DNA of 64,000 bases from Candidatus Levyibacteriota bacterium (GTDB lineage Bacteria; Patescibacteriota; Microgenomatia; Levybacterales; UBA12049): positions 1,656 through 65,655 of the forward strand of contig JBBRCK010000005.1 in the NCBI GenBank assembly GCA_038205015.1, read 5' to 3'. Position numbers and translations under genes: made by a program. Position 1 is the first letter of the stretch. Each line of letters begins with the position of its first letter. Positions 24,447 to 33,012 of the stretch are shown here, piece after piece. The notes under the pieces are model-generated. The model was given only the letters and a program-made list of their open reading frames with translations, searched no databases and was not told the origin of the DNA.

Positions 24447-24824
24447 ATGGCTTACAAATCATTTAATCAAAGATTTCCTACATTCAAATGGGTATTATTA
24501 CTGGCAGTAGTTTTTGCGCTCCCTCTTACAATGTGGTCATTAAATAATGTCTCCACAAATACACAGCAACATGCAGCATATACTTGTAGTTCGCTTGGAG
24601 GGGCGTGTACGTCTAATACTATTTGCAAAATGGAAGGTTATGGAACAATATCTGGAGGCGTTTGTACAACAGGAAAGGTTTGTTGCAGATTTACAGCACC
24701 AAAGCTACCTACATGCGTATCTAGAGGCGGAAGCTGTGTAATACCTACAATTTGTCATACGGAAGGAAGAGTAGTATTATCGGGAACATCATGTAGTGGA
24801 GTTACTGTTTGCTGCAAATTCTAA
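24447..24824 (+). CDS. Membrane-anchored/secreted protein with two six-Cys repeats
   Basis: N-terminal TM, then 2x C-x6-C-x5-C-x12-C-x5-CC. Confidence 0.8.
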   Translation: MAYKSFNQRFPTFKWVLLLAVVFALPLTMWSLNNVSTNTQQHAAYTCSSLGGACTSNTICKMEGYGTISGGVCTTGKVCCRFTAPKLPTCVSRGGSCVIPTICHTEGRVVLSGTSCSGVTVCCKF

Positions 24825-24867
24825 TCCATTCTTGACATAAACCCATTATTTAACTAGGATATTGTAT

Positions 24868-25653
24868 ATGAAAAACTTCTACGAACAATTTAAAACCCCA
24901 CTAGTAACAATTGCTGTTATCTTTGTCGCGCTTTTTCTTTACACAAGATTCGCCGGACCCATTCCTTTTTCTGTAAATAGCGTACAAACTACTAAAACAG
25001 ATTTGTTTTCTGCAAACGGGGAAGGAAAAGCAACAGCTGTACCTGACCAAGCAACAATAGATGCTGGTGTCACAGAAACAGCCACAACGGTTTCCGATGC
25101 ACAAAATAAAGTTAACACTAAGGCTCAAAAAATTATTAACGCTGCAAAAACATTAGGATTAACCGATAAGGACATTAAAACAACTAATTATTCTGTGAAT
25201 CCTAATTATGGAACAGGAGAAATTATGCCGATGATGTATCCACAAAGAGGAGGAAATAATATCACAGGATATACCGCAACTCAAAACCTTGAAATAAATG
25301 TAAAAGATTTGGCAAACGTCAATAAAGTAATTGATACGGCTACTCAAAATGGAGCAAATCTTGTGGGAGGTACCAATTTTACATTTAGTGATTCCTTACA
25401 AACTAAACTTGAAAACCAAGCAAGACAAACGGCAATTAACCAGGCAAAACAAAAAGCTCAAGGATTAGCTAGCGCTGCGGGGCTTAGGCTTGGAAGAGTT
25501 GTTAATGTAGTTGAAAATTCAAGTGGCTTTCCGAGACCGATGATGCTTCAGGCAGATAGTTTAGCGAAAACAGCCGAATCAGCTCCTACCAATGTTACTC
25601 CGGGAGAAAATACGGTAACAATAAACGTTGTCATCTACTACGAAACGTATTAA
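24868..25653 (+). CDS. SIMPL (DUF541) domain protein
   Basis: GEGKATAVPD, IKTTNYSVNPNY, AKQKAQGLA, LGRVVNVVE. Confidence 0.9.
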   Translation: MKNFYEQFKTPLVTIAVIFVALFLYTRFAGPIPFSVNSVQTTKTDLFSANGEGKATAVPDQATIDAGVTETATTVSDAQNKVNTKAQKIINAAKTLGLTDKDIKTTNYSVNPNYGTGEIMPMMYPQRGGNNITGYTATQNLEINVKDLANVNKVIDTATQNGANLVGGTNFTFSDSLQTKLENQARQTAINQAKQKAQGLASAAGLRLGRVVNVVENSSGFPRPMMLQADSLAKTAESAPTNVTPGENTVTINVVIYYETY

Positions 25654-25658
25654 TCTTT

Positions 25659-26507
25659 TTATTTTAAAAACGGGGCGAATATTTTATTATACTTATCAAT
25701 CATATCAAGTCTTTTATTTACTTCGTCATCTCCACCCTTTATTCTTACTTTCGGCTCACCTTGACCACAATAAAGAGCAACTGCTTTAAATAATGCTTGT
25801 TCATAACTTTTACCTTCGGACATTTGCTTTCTAATATTTCTGTCAAGCATCAATGCTGCTGTTGCAGTATCTTCTCTATCACCTCTATGTCTTTCGTGGA
25901 ATGCTTTTGTATATTCCAGTCCATTAAAAGCGTGCTGCCTAAAATCATTACTCCATCCTATATCTATTTGATATGACCCTTGGACTCTTGAGCTGGCGCG
26001 TGACTTATCAAATGCTCTTGAATTTGGATCTGAGCCTCCACTTTCTTTTTCCTGAGTTACAAATAAAACAATCCATGAAACTTTAGGGTATTTTTTATGA
26101 GCTGCAAGATAAAAGGGTAAATTGCCATGTAAATCAGCTAATATATTATTGTTAAATTTATCGGAGTTTTTTGCAAATTTATAAATAGCATTTGCTTCAT
26201 CTTTAACTTTTTGTGTTTGTTGTTCCTTGTGTGACAACGGCTTCTCCGAAGCAACAGGCGAAGAAGTAGGCGAAGCAACAGGCGAAGGAATAGTTATAGT
26301 TAAATCGTCTGATTTAGGCTGATTATAATCTAAAACCAAAGGATAAAATTCTTCACGCGCAGTTGGAACAAAAATACTAGGATCTCTTCCTTCAGCTGGA
26401 GCAGTTGCTGTTAAAACTGTTCCAGCAACAAGAAAAGACGCGGCAAGTCGCGTTCTTCTGTCTTTAATAATTGTTCTAGCTAAATCTAAGCTTCTTAATT
26501 TTTCCAT
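25659..26507 (-). CDS. Secreted protein with possible lysozyme/lytic transglycosylase-like domain
   Basis: Signal-like helix, Ser/Pro linker, W...QEKES and GSYQI motifs; start placed at MEKLR. Confidence 0.5.
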   Translation of the reverse strand: MEKLRSLDLARTIIKDRRTRLAASFLVAGTVLTATAPAEGRDPSIFVPTAREEFYPLVLDYNQPKSDDLTITIPSPVASPTSSPVASEKPLSHKEQQTQKVKDEANAIYKFAKNSDKFNNNILADLHGNLPFYLAAHKKYPKVSWIVLFVTQEKESGGSDPNSRAFDKSRASSRVQGSYQIDIGWSNDFRQHAFNGLEYTKAFHERHRGDREDTATAALMLDRNIRKQMSEGKSYEQALFKAVALYCGQGEPKVRIKGGDDEVNKRLDMIDKYNKIFAPFLK

Positions 26508-26644
26508 AAAAAGTGTTCCCGTTAAGTAATTTGAAGATGAAAACCCCAAAAGAGGAAATAATCTGTATTTATTATAGGGTATGGTATTAGCCTCTGTCAA
26601 CCCCTTATTTGACAACTTATATAAATAAATATAAGATAATTCAA

Positions 26645-27259
26645 ATGAAATATATCTTACCGGCCATATCAGTAATAATTTTAGCCATAATTGTTGGAAT
26701 AGGAGCATTTTATCTTGGACAAAAAACCCTAAATAATAGTCAAGCGGCGACAATACTAACAATCACGGAAAAAGTAAATAATCAAGTAACTCCTAAGCTT
26801 ACCCCAACACCCAACCAAAACCGAGTAATTCAAGCAGGTGGAGCAATAATTTTTTCAAAATATAGCCTTAAACTACCAGAGGGATGGACATCAGAAAGAG
26901 AACAGGGAAAAGATATTGACAAATTAACGCTTACAAAGCTCGGTTATAAGCTGGTGATATACGAAGCAGCTTTTGGTGGCAGTGGATGTCTTTATCCAGA
27001 CGATGCACCTTCGGAAATGGCTCAAAAATTTGTATCTTTTGTAGAAATTTTAAATCCAAACGGATTTGTGTTCAGAAGGGGACAAAGTGATAGTCTTCCT
27101 AATACCTATACTATTTGCCAAAAAAATACAGCTGATAGCTCTTTTGGCTCTCCAACTAATTTCGGAGCAATAAGCCTGACAACTCCAGGAACTCCTGATA
27201 AAAATGCTGTTGTTTTCCCCGAAACAGATGCAATTATTGCGTCTTTAAACAAAGAGTAA
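26645..27259 (+). CDS. Membrane-anchored extracytoplasmic protein
   Basis: N-terminal TM, PTPTP linker, YSLKLPEGW. Confidence 0.7.
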   Translation: MKYILPAISVIILAIIVGIGAFYLGQKTLNNSQAATILTITEKVNNQVTPKLTPTPNQNRVIQAGGAIIFSKYSLKLPEGWTSEREQGKDIDKLTLTKLGYKLVIYEAAFGGSGCLYPDDAPSEMAQKFVSFVEILNPNGFVFRRGQSDSLPNTYTICQKNTADSSFGSPTNFGAISLTTPGTPDKNAVVFPETDAIIASLNKE

Positions 27260-27260
27260 T

Positions 27261-28196
27261 CTACTTATTTCCACTATGAAAAGCCCTATGGGCATCACGA
27301 AGCTGAGGATCTGTAACGTGAGTATAAATTTGGGTTGTCGCAATATTTTTATGTCCAAGCATTATTTGAACAGACCGAATATCCGCTCCATTTGATAAAA
27401 GATCTGTTGCAAAACTATGTCTTAAAGTATGGACAGAGGGATCTTTGGTAAGCCTAATAAGTTTAGCGTATTTTTTTACAATTCTTTCAATCGACCTTGC
27501 GGTAAGTCTCATCCTCTCTCCTTCATTATCCTCAATGACTGCCCCCGAATATCGTATAAAAAGAGGCTTAAATTTATCCTTTCTTTCTTTTAAATATCTC
27601 TCTATCCAATCGGCAGCTCTGTCCGACACGAAAACCAACCTATGCTTTCTTCCTTTGCCAATAACGCCGAATTCGCGCCTTTCTAAATTAATCTGCTCTT
27701 TGTTTAAGCTGACAAGTTCGGATACACGAAGCCCTGTTGAAAAAAGAAGCTCTAGAATTGCCCTATCACGTATACCATCTTCTTTGGAGGTATCACAGGC
27801 TGTCACAAGCCTATCTACCTCATCTTTCTCCAGAAACTTAACTTCTTTTATCTCAGCTCTGGGAAGGTCAATTTTTGATGGCTCTAAGGTTTTAAAGTCA
27901 TTCTTTATTAAGAAACGAAGAAAACTTCTTAGGGCTATTACATAATAGTTTTGAGTAACTCTTTGAAGAGCAATTTCGCCTTTTATATCTAACTTATTTG
28001 CCAAAAAAACTCTATATTTTCTAATTGTTGGAAGATCTAAGTCCTCTACTGTTTTATCAGGTAGGGAAGTGAAATACCAGTCGCTAAAGACTTTTAGATA
28101 ATGCCTATAATCACGAAGTGTAAGTTTTGAACAATTTTTTTCAATTTCTAAATATTCTAAGAATTGATCAATTAAACCGGGTAATTCGTTGTTCAT
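27261..28196 (-). CDS. Xer-family tyrosine recombinase (start may be 28208 or 28229)
   Basis: RDRAILELLFSTGLRVSEL, HTLRHSFAT, LGHKNIATTQIYTH; N-terminal SAM-like domain. Confidence 0.95.
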   Translation of the reverse strand: MNNELPGLIDQFLEYLEIEKNCSKLTLRDYRHYLKVFSDWYFTSLPDKTVEDLDLPTIRKYRVFLANKLDIKGEIALQRVTQNYYVIALRSFLRFLIKNDFKTLEPSKIDLPRAEIKEVKFLEKDEVDRLVTACDTSKEDGIRDRAILELLFSTGLRVSELVSLNKEQINLERREFGVIGKGRKHRLVFVSDRAADWIERYLKERKDKFKPLFIRYSGAVIEDNEGERMRLTARSIERIVKKYAKLIRLTKDPSVHTLRHSFATDLLSNGADIRSVQIMLGHKNIATTQIYTHVTDPQLRDAHRAFHSGNK

Positions 28197-28197
28197 A

Positions 28198-28229
28198 TTC
28201 TGCGACATGACTAATTTATTATGCGACAT
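28198..28229 (-). promoter_or_regulatory. Two tandem Xer-binding-like half-sites at the xer start
   Basis: Minus strand ATGTCGCATAA-N10-ATGTCGCAGAA, matching the arms of the dif-like site at 30645-30672. Confidence 0.55.
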
Positions 28230-28290
28230 AAAAGAATCATTTGTCAAATTTGACCTCATTTAACCAAATTTGCTATAATCCTTTGTTATT

Positions 28291-28863
28291 ATGGATGAAA
28301 GAGGTAAAAATCCACCATCTGAAGTTATTTATAATCCGCTTCAGGAGAGGCAGAAAAAAATAACCGAGTTTAGACAAAATTTCGGATTATTTTTAGACGA
28401 AAAGAGTTCAAATATAACTCTTGTAAACATTCCCTTTGTGAAAGATATACAAAAACTGATTGTTGCTAATTTTATTAACGGCGTTCCTGCGCCTTTTGAA
28501 TATAACGGTCTGGATAAAGAGCTATTGGAAGTTATCGAAAGATATAAAAAAAGTTATACTCCGGCCACCTTATTAATTGATACTTTTAAATTAGAGGAAT
28601 TTATAGATATGCCCGAAAGCTTAAGACCGTTTGTTGGAAGCGAAATTAAAGCTGTTTCAGAAATTCACGAATTAGTTTCAATGCCAAAACAAGGAGCAAG
28701 CGTCTCAGAAGTAAGGTATTTCTCCTCTGAGTACGAAGACTTACCAATTCATGAATTATGGCAGGCGCAAAGATATAACTTAGATTACGATACTCCCCAG
28801 GATCATTCAAAAACAGGCTTCGGACTACTTATTCCAACACCACAAATTATAAAAGTTAGCTAA
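28291..28863 (+). CDS. Hypothetical protein
   Basis: 190-aa ORF behind TGcTATAAT. Confidence 0.7.
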   Translation: MDERGKNPPSEVIYNPLQERQKKITEFRQNFGLFLDEKSSNITLVNIPFVKDIQKLIVANFINGVPAPFEYNGLDKELLEVIERYKKSYTPATLLIDTFKLEEFIDMPESLRPFVGSEIKAVSEIHELVSMPKQGASVSEVRYFSSEYEDLPIHELWQAQRYNLDYDTPQDHSKTGFGLLIPTPQIIKVS

Positions 28864-28933
28864 AAACCCCAATAGATAAATTCTAAAACTAATAAAATTG
28901 ACAAGTTAATATTTTTAATGATAATCTAAATCT

Positions 28934-29584
28934 ATGTCCGATCGTAATAATGAACGAGCTCATGTTGAGCACGCGTTTCACGTTGGAGAAAGACGGGAAG
29001 AGCGCAAAAAACTCACTCGAAGAATTAGAAATACCGTAGCCGCAGTTGGAGTAGCAGCAGCATTAAGTCAAACCCCAATTCCGGGGGCCGCGGCTGATTA
29101 TTTAAGTAATATCGGCGTAGACCAAAATAGACCGACTGCAACCGAAGCCAATATGGGAGGAACAACCACCATTACGCTAGATGAAGTTCACTTAGAAAAC
29201 GGTCATACTGTTATCTGGCCTATTTTAAGAAAGAATCCTGCAATTCATGATGGAAAAGATGGCTTAAGCCCTAATGTTGTAAATTGGACTGACGTAGAAA
29301 CCATAAATCATACTCCAATTGACGCTAAATCAGGAACCGAGATTACCATAGCAAACCCAACTTTTGTTATGGGAGAAAATACCGAAGGATCACTGTCCCA
29401 AAAGGGACTTTGGGAAGTTTTGGATATCGTAAAAAAAGATGGCACAGAAGAATTAGATTATGTCAGCGTTAGTGGTAATACCGGAGGCTTCGTAGACTTT
29501 GAACCTAAAGGAATAATGACTCCTATAAGCCAGGCAAATACAACCTTAGAAGATAAATTAGATATTACGACAGTTACACCTTAA
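28934..29584 (+). CDS. Hypothetical membrane-anchored protein
   Basis: Basic stretch then hydrophobic helix; TTGACA promoter upstream. Confidence 0.7.
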   Translation: MSDRNNERAHVEHAFHVGERREERKKLTRRIRNTVAAVGVAAALSQTPIPGAAADYLSNIGVDQNRPTATEANMGGTTTITLDEVHLENGHTVIWPILRKNPAIHDGKDGLSPNVVNWTDVETINHTPIDAKSGTEITIANPTFVMGENTEGSLSQKGLWEVLDIVKKDGTEELDYVSVSGNTGGFVDFEPKGIMTPISQANTTLEDKLDITTVTP

Positions 29585-29585
29585 G

Positions 29586-30392
29586 CTACTTAAAAATATC
29601 TTTCTTTTCTAATTTCCCGGGAAATTTGTTATCAAAAAATAAGTTTGCGATTTTATAAACTCTTTCCGGCGCATCGGTTACATAAAATTTTATTTTTGGC
29701 TTATTCTTTGCATTAACTAAATTATCTTCCTCCAAAAGCTTTTTTAAAGCCTCTGCCGTAGGACTAGCCGAATCAATCAGTTGAATATTTTTCCCGACTG
29801 TTTTTTGAATTAAGTTCTTTAAAATTGGATAATGCGTGCAGCCTAAAATTAGAATATCAACTTGAGAATTCTTATAAACCCTAAGATATTCATCTGCAAT
29901 CAATTTTGAAGCTTTATGAGAAATAAAACCTTCTTCTGCCAACGGCACAAATAAAGGGCAGGCTCTAGCAATAATTTTAAGCTTTTTATCTTGTAAGATA
30001 AGCTTTTTTTCATAGGCCTTACTATTTATTGTTGCTCTAGTACCTATTACGCCGATTCTATGTGTCTTGGAAGCTTTTAGAGCCTTTAAAACAGTAGGTT
30101 CTATTACACCGATAACCGGAACAGGTGAAATTTTTTGAATCTCTTTTAAAGAAGTTGCCGAAATAGTATTACATGCTACCACCAGTGCCTTAACTTTTTG
30201 TTTTAATAGAAATCTTGTAAGTTCTAAAGAAAATTTTGTAATTGTCTTTTTATCTCTAACTCCATACGGAACTCTTGCCGTATCTCCAAGATAGATTATA
30301 GATTCTCTAGGCAAAAGCTTAATAATTGCCTTAACAACGGTCAAGCCTCCTATGCCTGAGTCGAAAATACCGATTGGAAGATTACTGGCCAT
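29586..30392 (-). CDS. murI: Glutamate racemase
   Basis: FDSGIGG, VACNT, LGCTHYP. Confidence 0.97.
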   Translation of the reverse strand: MASNLPIGIFDSGIGGLTVVKAIIKLLPRESIIYLGDTARVPYGVRDKKTITKFSLELTRFLLKQKVKALVVACNTISATSLKEIQKISPVPVIGVIEPTVLKALKASKTHRIGVIGTRATINSKAYEKKLILQDKKLKIIARACPLFVPLAEEGFISHKASKLIADEYLRVYKNSQVDILILGCTHYPILKNLIQKTVGKNIQLIDSASPTAEALKKLLEEDNLVNAKNKPKIKFYVTDAPERVYKIANLFFDNKFPGKLEKKDIFK

Positions 30393-30644
30393 ATGAAGCA
30401 TGATTATACCACTCTCGAAGCTGGAGAATGTCAATAGTAGGAAATTTTTACAAAATTTAGCTTCAATTAGCCTCAAAAAAATAATTATTTATAACCCTAT
30501 AGTAGGGGAGCAGATAATTTTTAACCCTGGGACATAAATAGAGAAATAATTCAAAGGAAGAACAAGTAATTGTAGAAATATAAAATATATTCAGCAAAAA
30601 TTATTATGATTTAAACCACTTCTCCCAGGATTCGAGCCTGAGTG

Positions 30645-30672
30645 GCGTCGCAAAAGTATTATTGTGCGACAT
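30645..30672. other. Candidate dif site (Xer recombination site)
   Basis: GCGTCGCAAAA-GTATTA-TTGTGCGACAT: 11-6-11 imperfect palindrome, intergenic, 2.4 kb from xer, near the switch in dominant gene orientation. Confidence 0.65.
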
Positions 30673-30891
30673 AATCAATAACTCTCTCTTACTGCTTTTA
30701 AACACAATATTTTTGTTAACCGAAACATTAGGGAGGATTGTAAGGCACTCTTTACTCCCATTGACTCACTATTCTCTTGCACAGCATAGTAAAAGTATTT
30801 GCGTGTATGAATTTGCTTTGCCATAAGTTGATTGCCTCTATCCCCGAGAAACTAATTGAGTTGAATTTAGAGCCTTATAACAGTCTAATCA

Positions 30892-31260
30892 TTAATATTT
30901 AGCTTCGAAAACATACAATTTAGATTATATTTATAATGCGACCCATGGAGAAACAAGCGTTCGAGTTTTTTTCGTATCAGCTACCAATTACGTATTAGCC
31001 AAGTTAAACATAGAATATGCATAATATCTCCCGCAAGGAAAGCGAAGCACTAAAGCTGTGAAAAGTAAGGTCAAATACTCGTGAAAATAGAATAAGATAT
31101 CCACATTAGCTTTAAACAACGTCCTATAATTATTTATTCCATTACCATATCAAACTATATCAATAATTACTATATCAAATTTTGTTGGCTGGTTTTTAGC
31201 ACTCTCCTCTTCCCCGCCTTTTCTTAACAAAAAAAAATAATTCCCGAAGCTAAATATTAA
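30892..31260. repeat. Perfect 16-bp inverted repeat
   Basis: TTAATATTTAGCTTCG (30892-30907) / CGAAGCTAAATATTAA (31245-31260). Confidence 0.9.
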
Positions 31261-31342
31261 ATTTTGAGGTTAAATTTGACGTCTAAAATAGGATATTTAG
31301 AAATCTATTCTGTAAAGAAAACAACCTTAATACTCCCCTTTT

Positions 31343-32179
31343 TTATATCCAGTTTGTAAATATAATTAGGAAGATAAATGCCATTGCAGTAAGCCAAAAA
31401 TACTCTAGAATTACGCTTCTAAAAAGACGTTTTTCAAACCAGGCTTGAGATAACCCTACTAAAACATAAAAAATGGCAGTAAGAAAAAGAGCTGCTACCG
31501 TTGGTGAGCTTGGACCAAACCATAAAAACAAAGCTATTTCTACTAAACAGACTGTTAAAGACAAAACCCAAAATACTTGCGCAAAAAGCTTTCTATCTAA
31601 AGAATGTATCCAAATTGCCTGCAAAACAATCGGAAATGTGTAAGCAAAAATTAATAAAAGAGTAATGAAAACATTAATATGAAAGGAGAAGACAACGTTT
31701 GAAAGAAAGAAATAAGATAATAGAGTCAGCACTAAAGTGACTGTTCTGGCTCCGGATAAAAGCGAAATTGTTCTGATAGCGGAGACTGTAAATATATTCT
31801 GACACAAATAAAGTGAATAAAGACCAATCGCATAAAGAGTTGTAATTCCCACTCTTGTCAAAAATCTTGCAGGCACCAAAAGATAAAAAAGCCCAACCGA
31901 CAAACTATAAAAAAATGGGAGAATAAAAATTTGTGGAGTAACATTATCCTTCAAATCTTCTTTTAGAGATAAGTATAAAAAAAAGACGGTAAACAGTGAT
32001 AGTGCAAAAACAATGAGCAAGCCCGATTTACCTAAGATTTGTTCTGCAATAAAAAGTCCCAAAGAAAGAAGGATAACCGAAAAAATAAACCTTTGCCTCT
32101 TGTTATCAAAAATTCTAGCTAACAAATGTTTTACTCGTTTTTTTGTCTTTCCGTTTCCAATAGATTTAATACTTGCCAT
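31343..32179 (-). CDS. Polytopic membrane protein (DUF5656-like)
   Basis: About 9 TM helices, NIFTVSAIRTI motif; abuts yebC. Confidence 0.7.
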   Translation of the reverse strand: MASIKSIGNGKTKKRVKHLLARIFDNKRQRFIFSVILLSLGLFIAEQILGKSGLLIVFALSLFTVFFLYLSLKEDLKDNVTPQIFILPFFYSLSVGLFYLLVPARFLTRVGITTLYAIGLYSLYLCQNIFTVSAIRTISLLSGARTVTLVLTLLSYFFLSNVVFSFHINVFITLLLIFAYTFPIVLQAIWIHSLDRKLFAQVFWVLSLTVCLVEIALFLWFGPSSPTVAALFLTAIFYVLVGLSQAWFEKRLFRSVILEYFWLTAMAFIFLIIFTNWI

Positions 32180-32182
32180 ATT

Positions 32183-32905
32183 TTATCCAAGGTTTGTATA
32201 CACTTTTAGAACGTCGTCTAATTCTTCCAGCGTGTTAACAAAATTCTCAATTTTTAAAAGCTTATTTTCTTCTACAACTTCAACTATCACAATCGGCTCC
32301 CTAATTAAATCTGCTTCTACAATTTCTACACCATTTGCAAAAAGTAAATCCTTCACCTTCGCTAAATCGTGCATCGAAGTATAGATAAACACTTCGTCTC
32401 CAACATCCTCTATGTCCTCTGCGCCATCATCAACTGCTAAGGCAAATAAGTCATCAAAGGTTTTTGTATTTTTTTTAACAATAATTCTTCCGATGTGTTT
32501 AAATTGATACGAAACCGAACCCGGCTGACCAAAGCTTGCTCCGGCTTTATTAAAAACGCTTTTGACTTCTGAGGTTGTTCTCATGGAATTATCCGTTGCA
32601 GCTTCAATAATTACCGAAATTCCGCCCGGCGCAAATCCTTCATATATAACTTCCTGCAAGTCTCCCGCATCCTTTTCCGAAGCTCTTTTAATTGCCCTTT
32701 CAATATTTTCTTTGGGCATATTGGCGACTCTAGCCGCATCGATAGCAAGTCTTAATTTAAAGTTAAAATTAGGATCGGTTGTTCCCCCACCCTGCTTGAC
32801 CGCAATGGTAATTGCTTTAGCAAGTTTTGTAAAGGTTTGCCCACGCTTTTGATCGTTTAAACCTTTTTGTCTTTTAATCGTTGACCACTTAGAATGTCCA
32901 CTCAT
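32183..32905 (-). CDS. yebC: YebC/PmpR family protein
   Basis: MSGHSKWSTIK, YEGFAPGG, LEELDDVLKVYTN. Confidence 0.96.
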   Translation of the reverse strand: MSGHSKWSTIKRQKGLNDQKRGQTFTKLAKAITIAVKQGGGTTDPNFNFKLRLAIDAARVANMPKENIERAIKRASEKDAGDLQEVIYEGFAPGGISVIIEAATDNSMRTTSEVKSVFNKAGASFGQPGSVSYQFKHIGRIIVKKNTKTFDDLFALAVDDGAEDIEDVGDEVFIYTSMHDLAKVKDLLFANGVEIVEADLIREPIVIVEVVEENKLLKIENFVNTLEELDDVLKVYTNLG

Positions 32906-33012
32906 ATTGCTAATTCGTACTTAATAAATGACTACCAACGCTTAATTATACCTTTTCTCTATTGACTTTTGCAATAAATTTATTGTAGAATTTCTCATCT
33001 TTGACCTCAAAA

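Larger units (their letters stand above)
30616..31260 (+). ncRNA. Candidate large structured non-coding RNA (family unassigned, ends uncertain)
   Basis: ORF-free; many local and long-range complementary segments, a CC-GCAA-GG tetraloop, and a 16-nt perfect long-range complement. Confidence 0.45.

Noticed and set aside
26241-26290. Short GGCGAAG tandem repeats
   Set aside because: Encode the SPVAS linker of the secreted protein
27261-28196. Prophage or integron integrase
   Set aside because: Looks like a housekeeping Xer; no phage genes, IntI-specific insertion or attC array nearby
30616-30645. tRNA T-arm-like sequence on the minus strand (TCAGGCTCGAATCCTGG)
   Set aside because: No anticodon arm, D arm or matching acceptor strand found; better explained as a simple hairpin
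30664-31120. Group II intron (GTGCG start and a few domain I-like words)
   Set aside because: No domain V/VI or RT ORF is visible, and the GTGCG is explained by the dif arm; kept only as a family to test
30504-31339. AGGGGAG/CTCCCCT at both ends of the gap as IS terminal repeats
   Set aside because: Only 7 bp, with no transposase or target duplication
30480-31340. RNase P RNA or tmRNA in the gap
   Set aside because: No GAGGAAAGTCC-type P4 motif and no tmRNA tRNA-like ends seen on either strand
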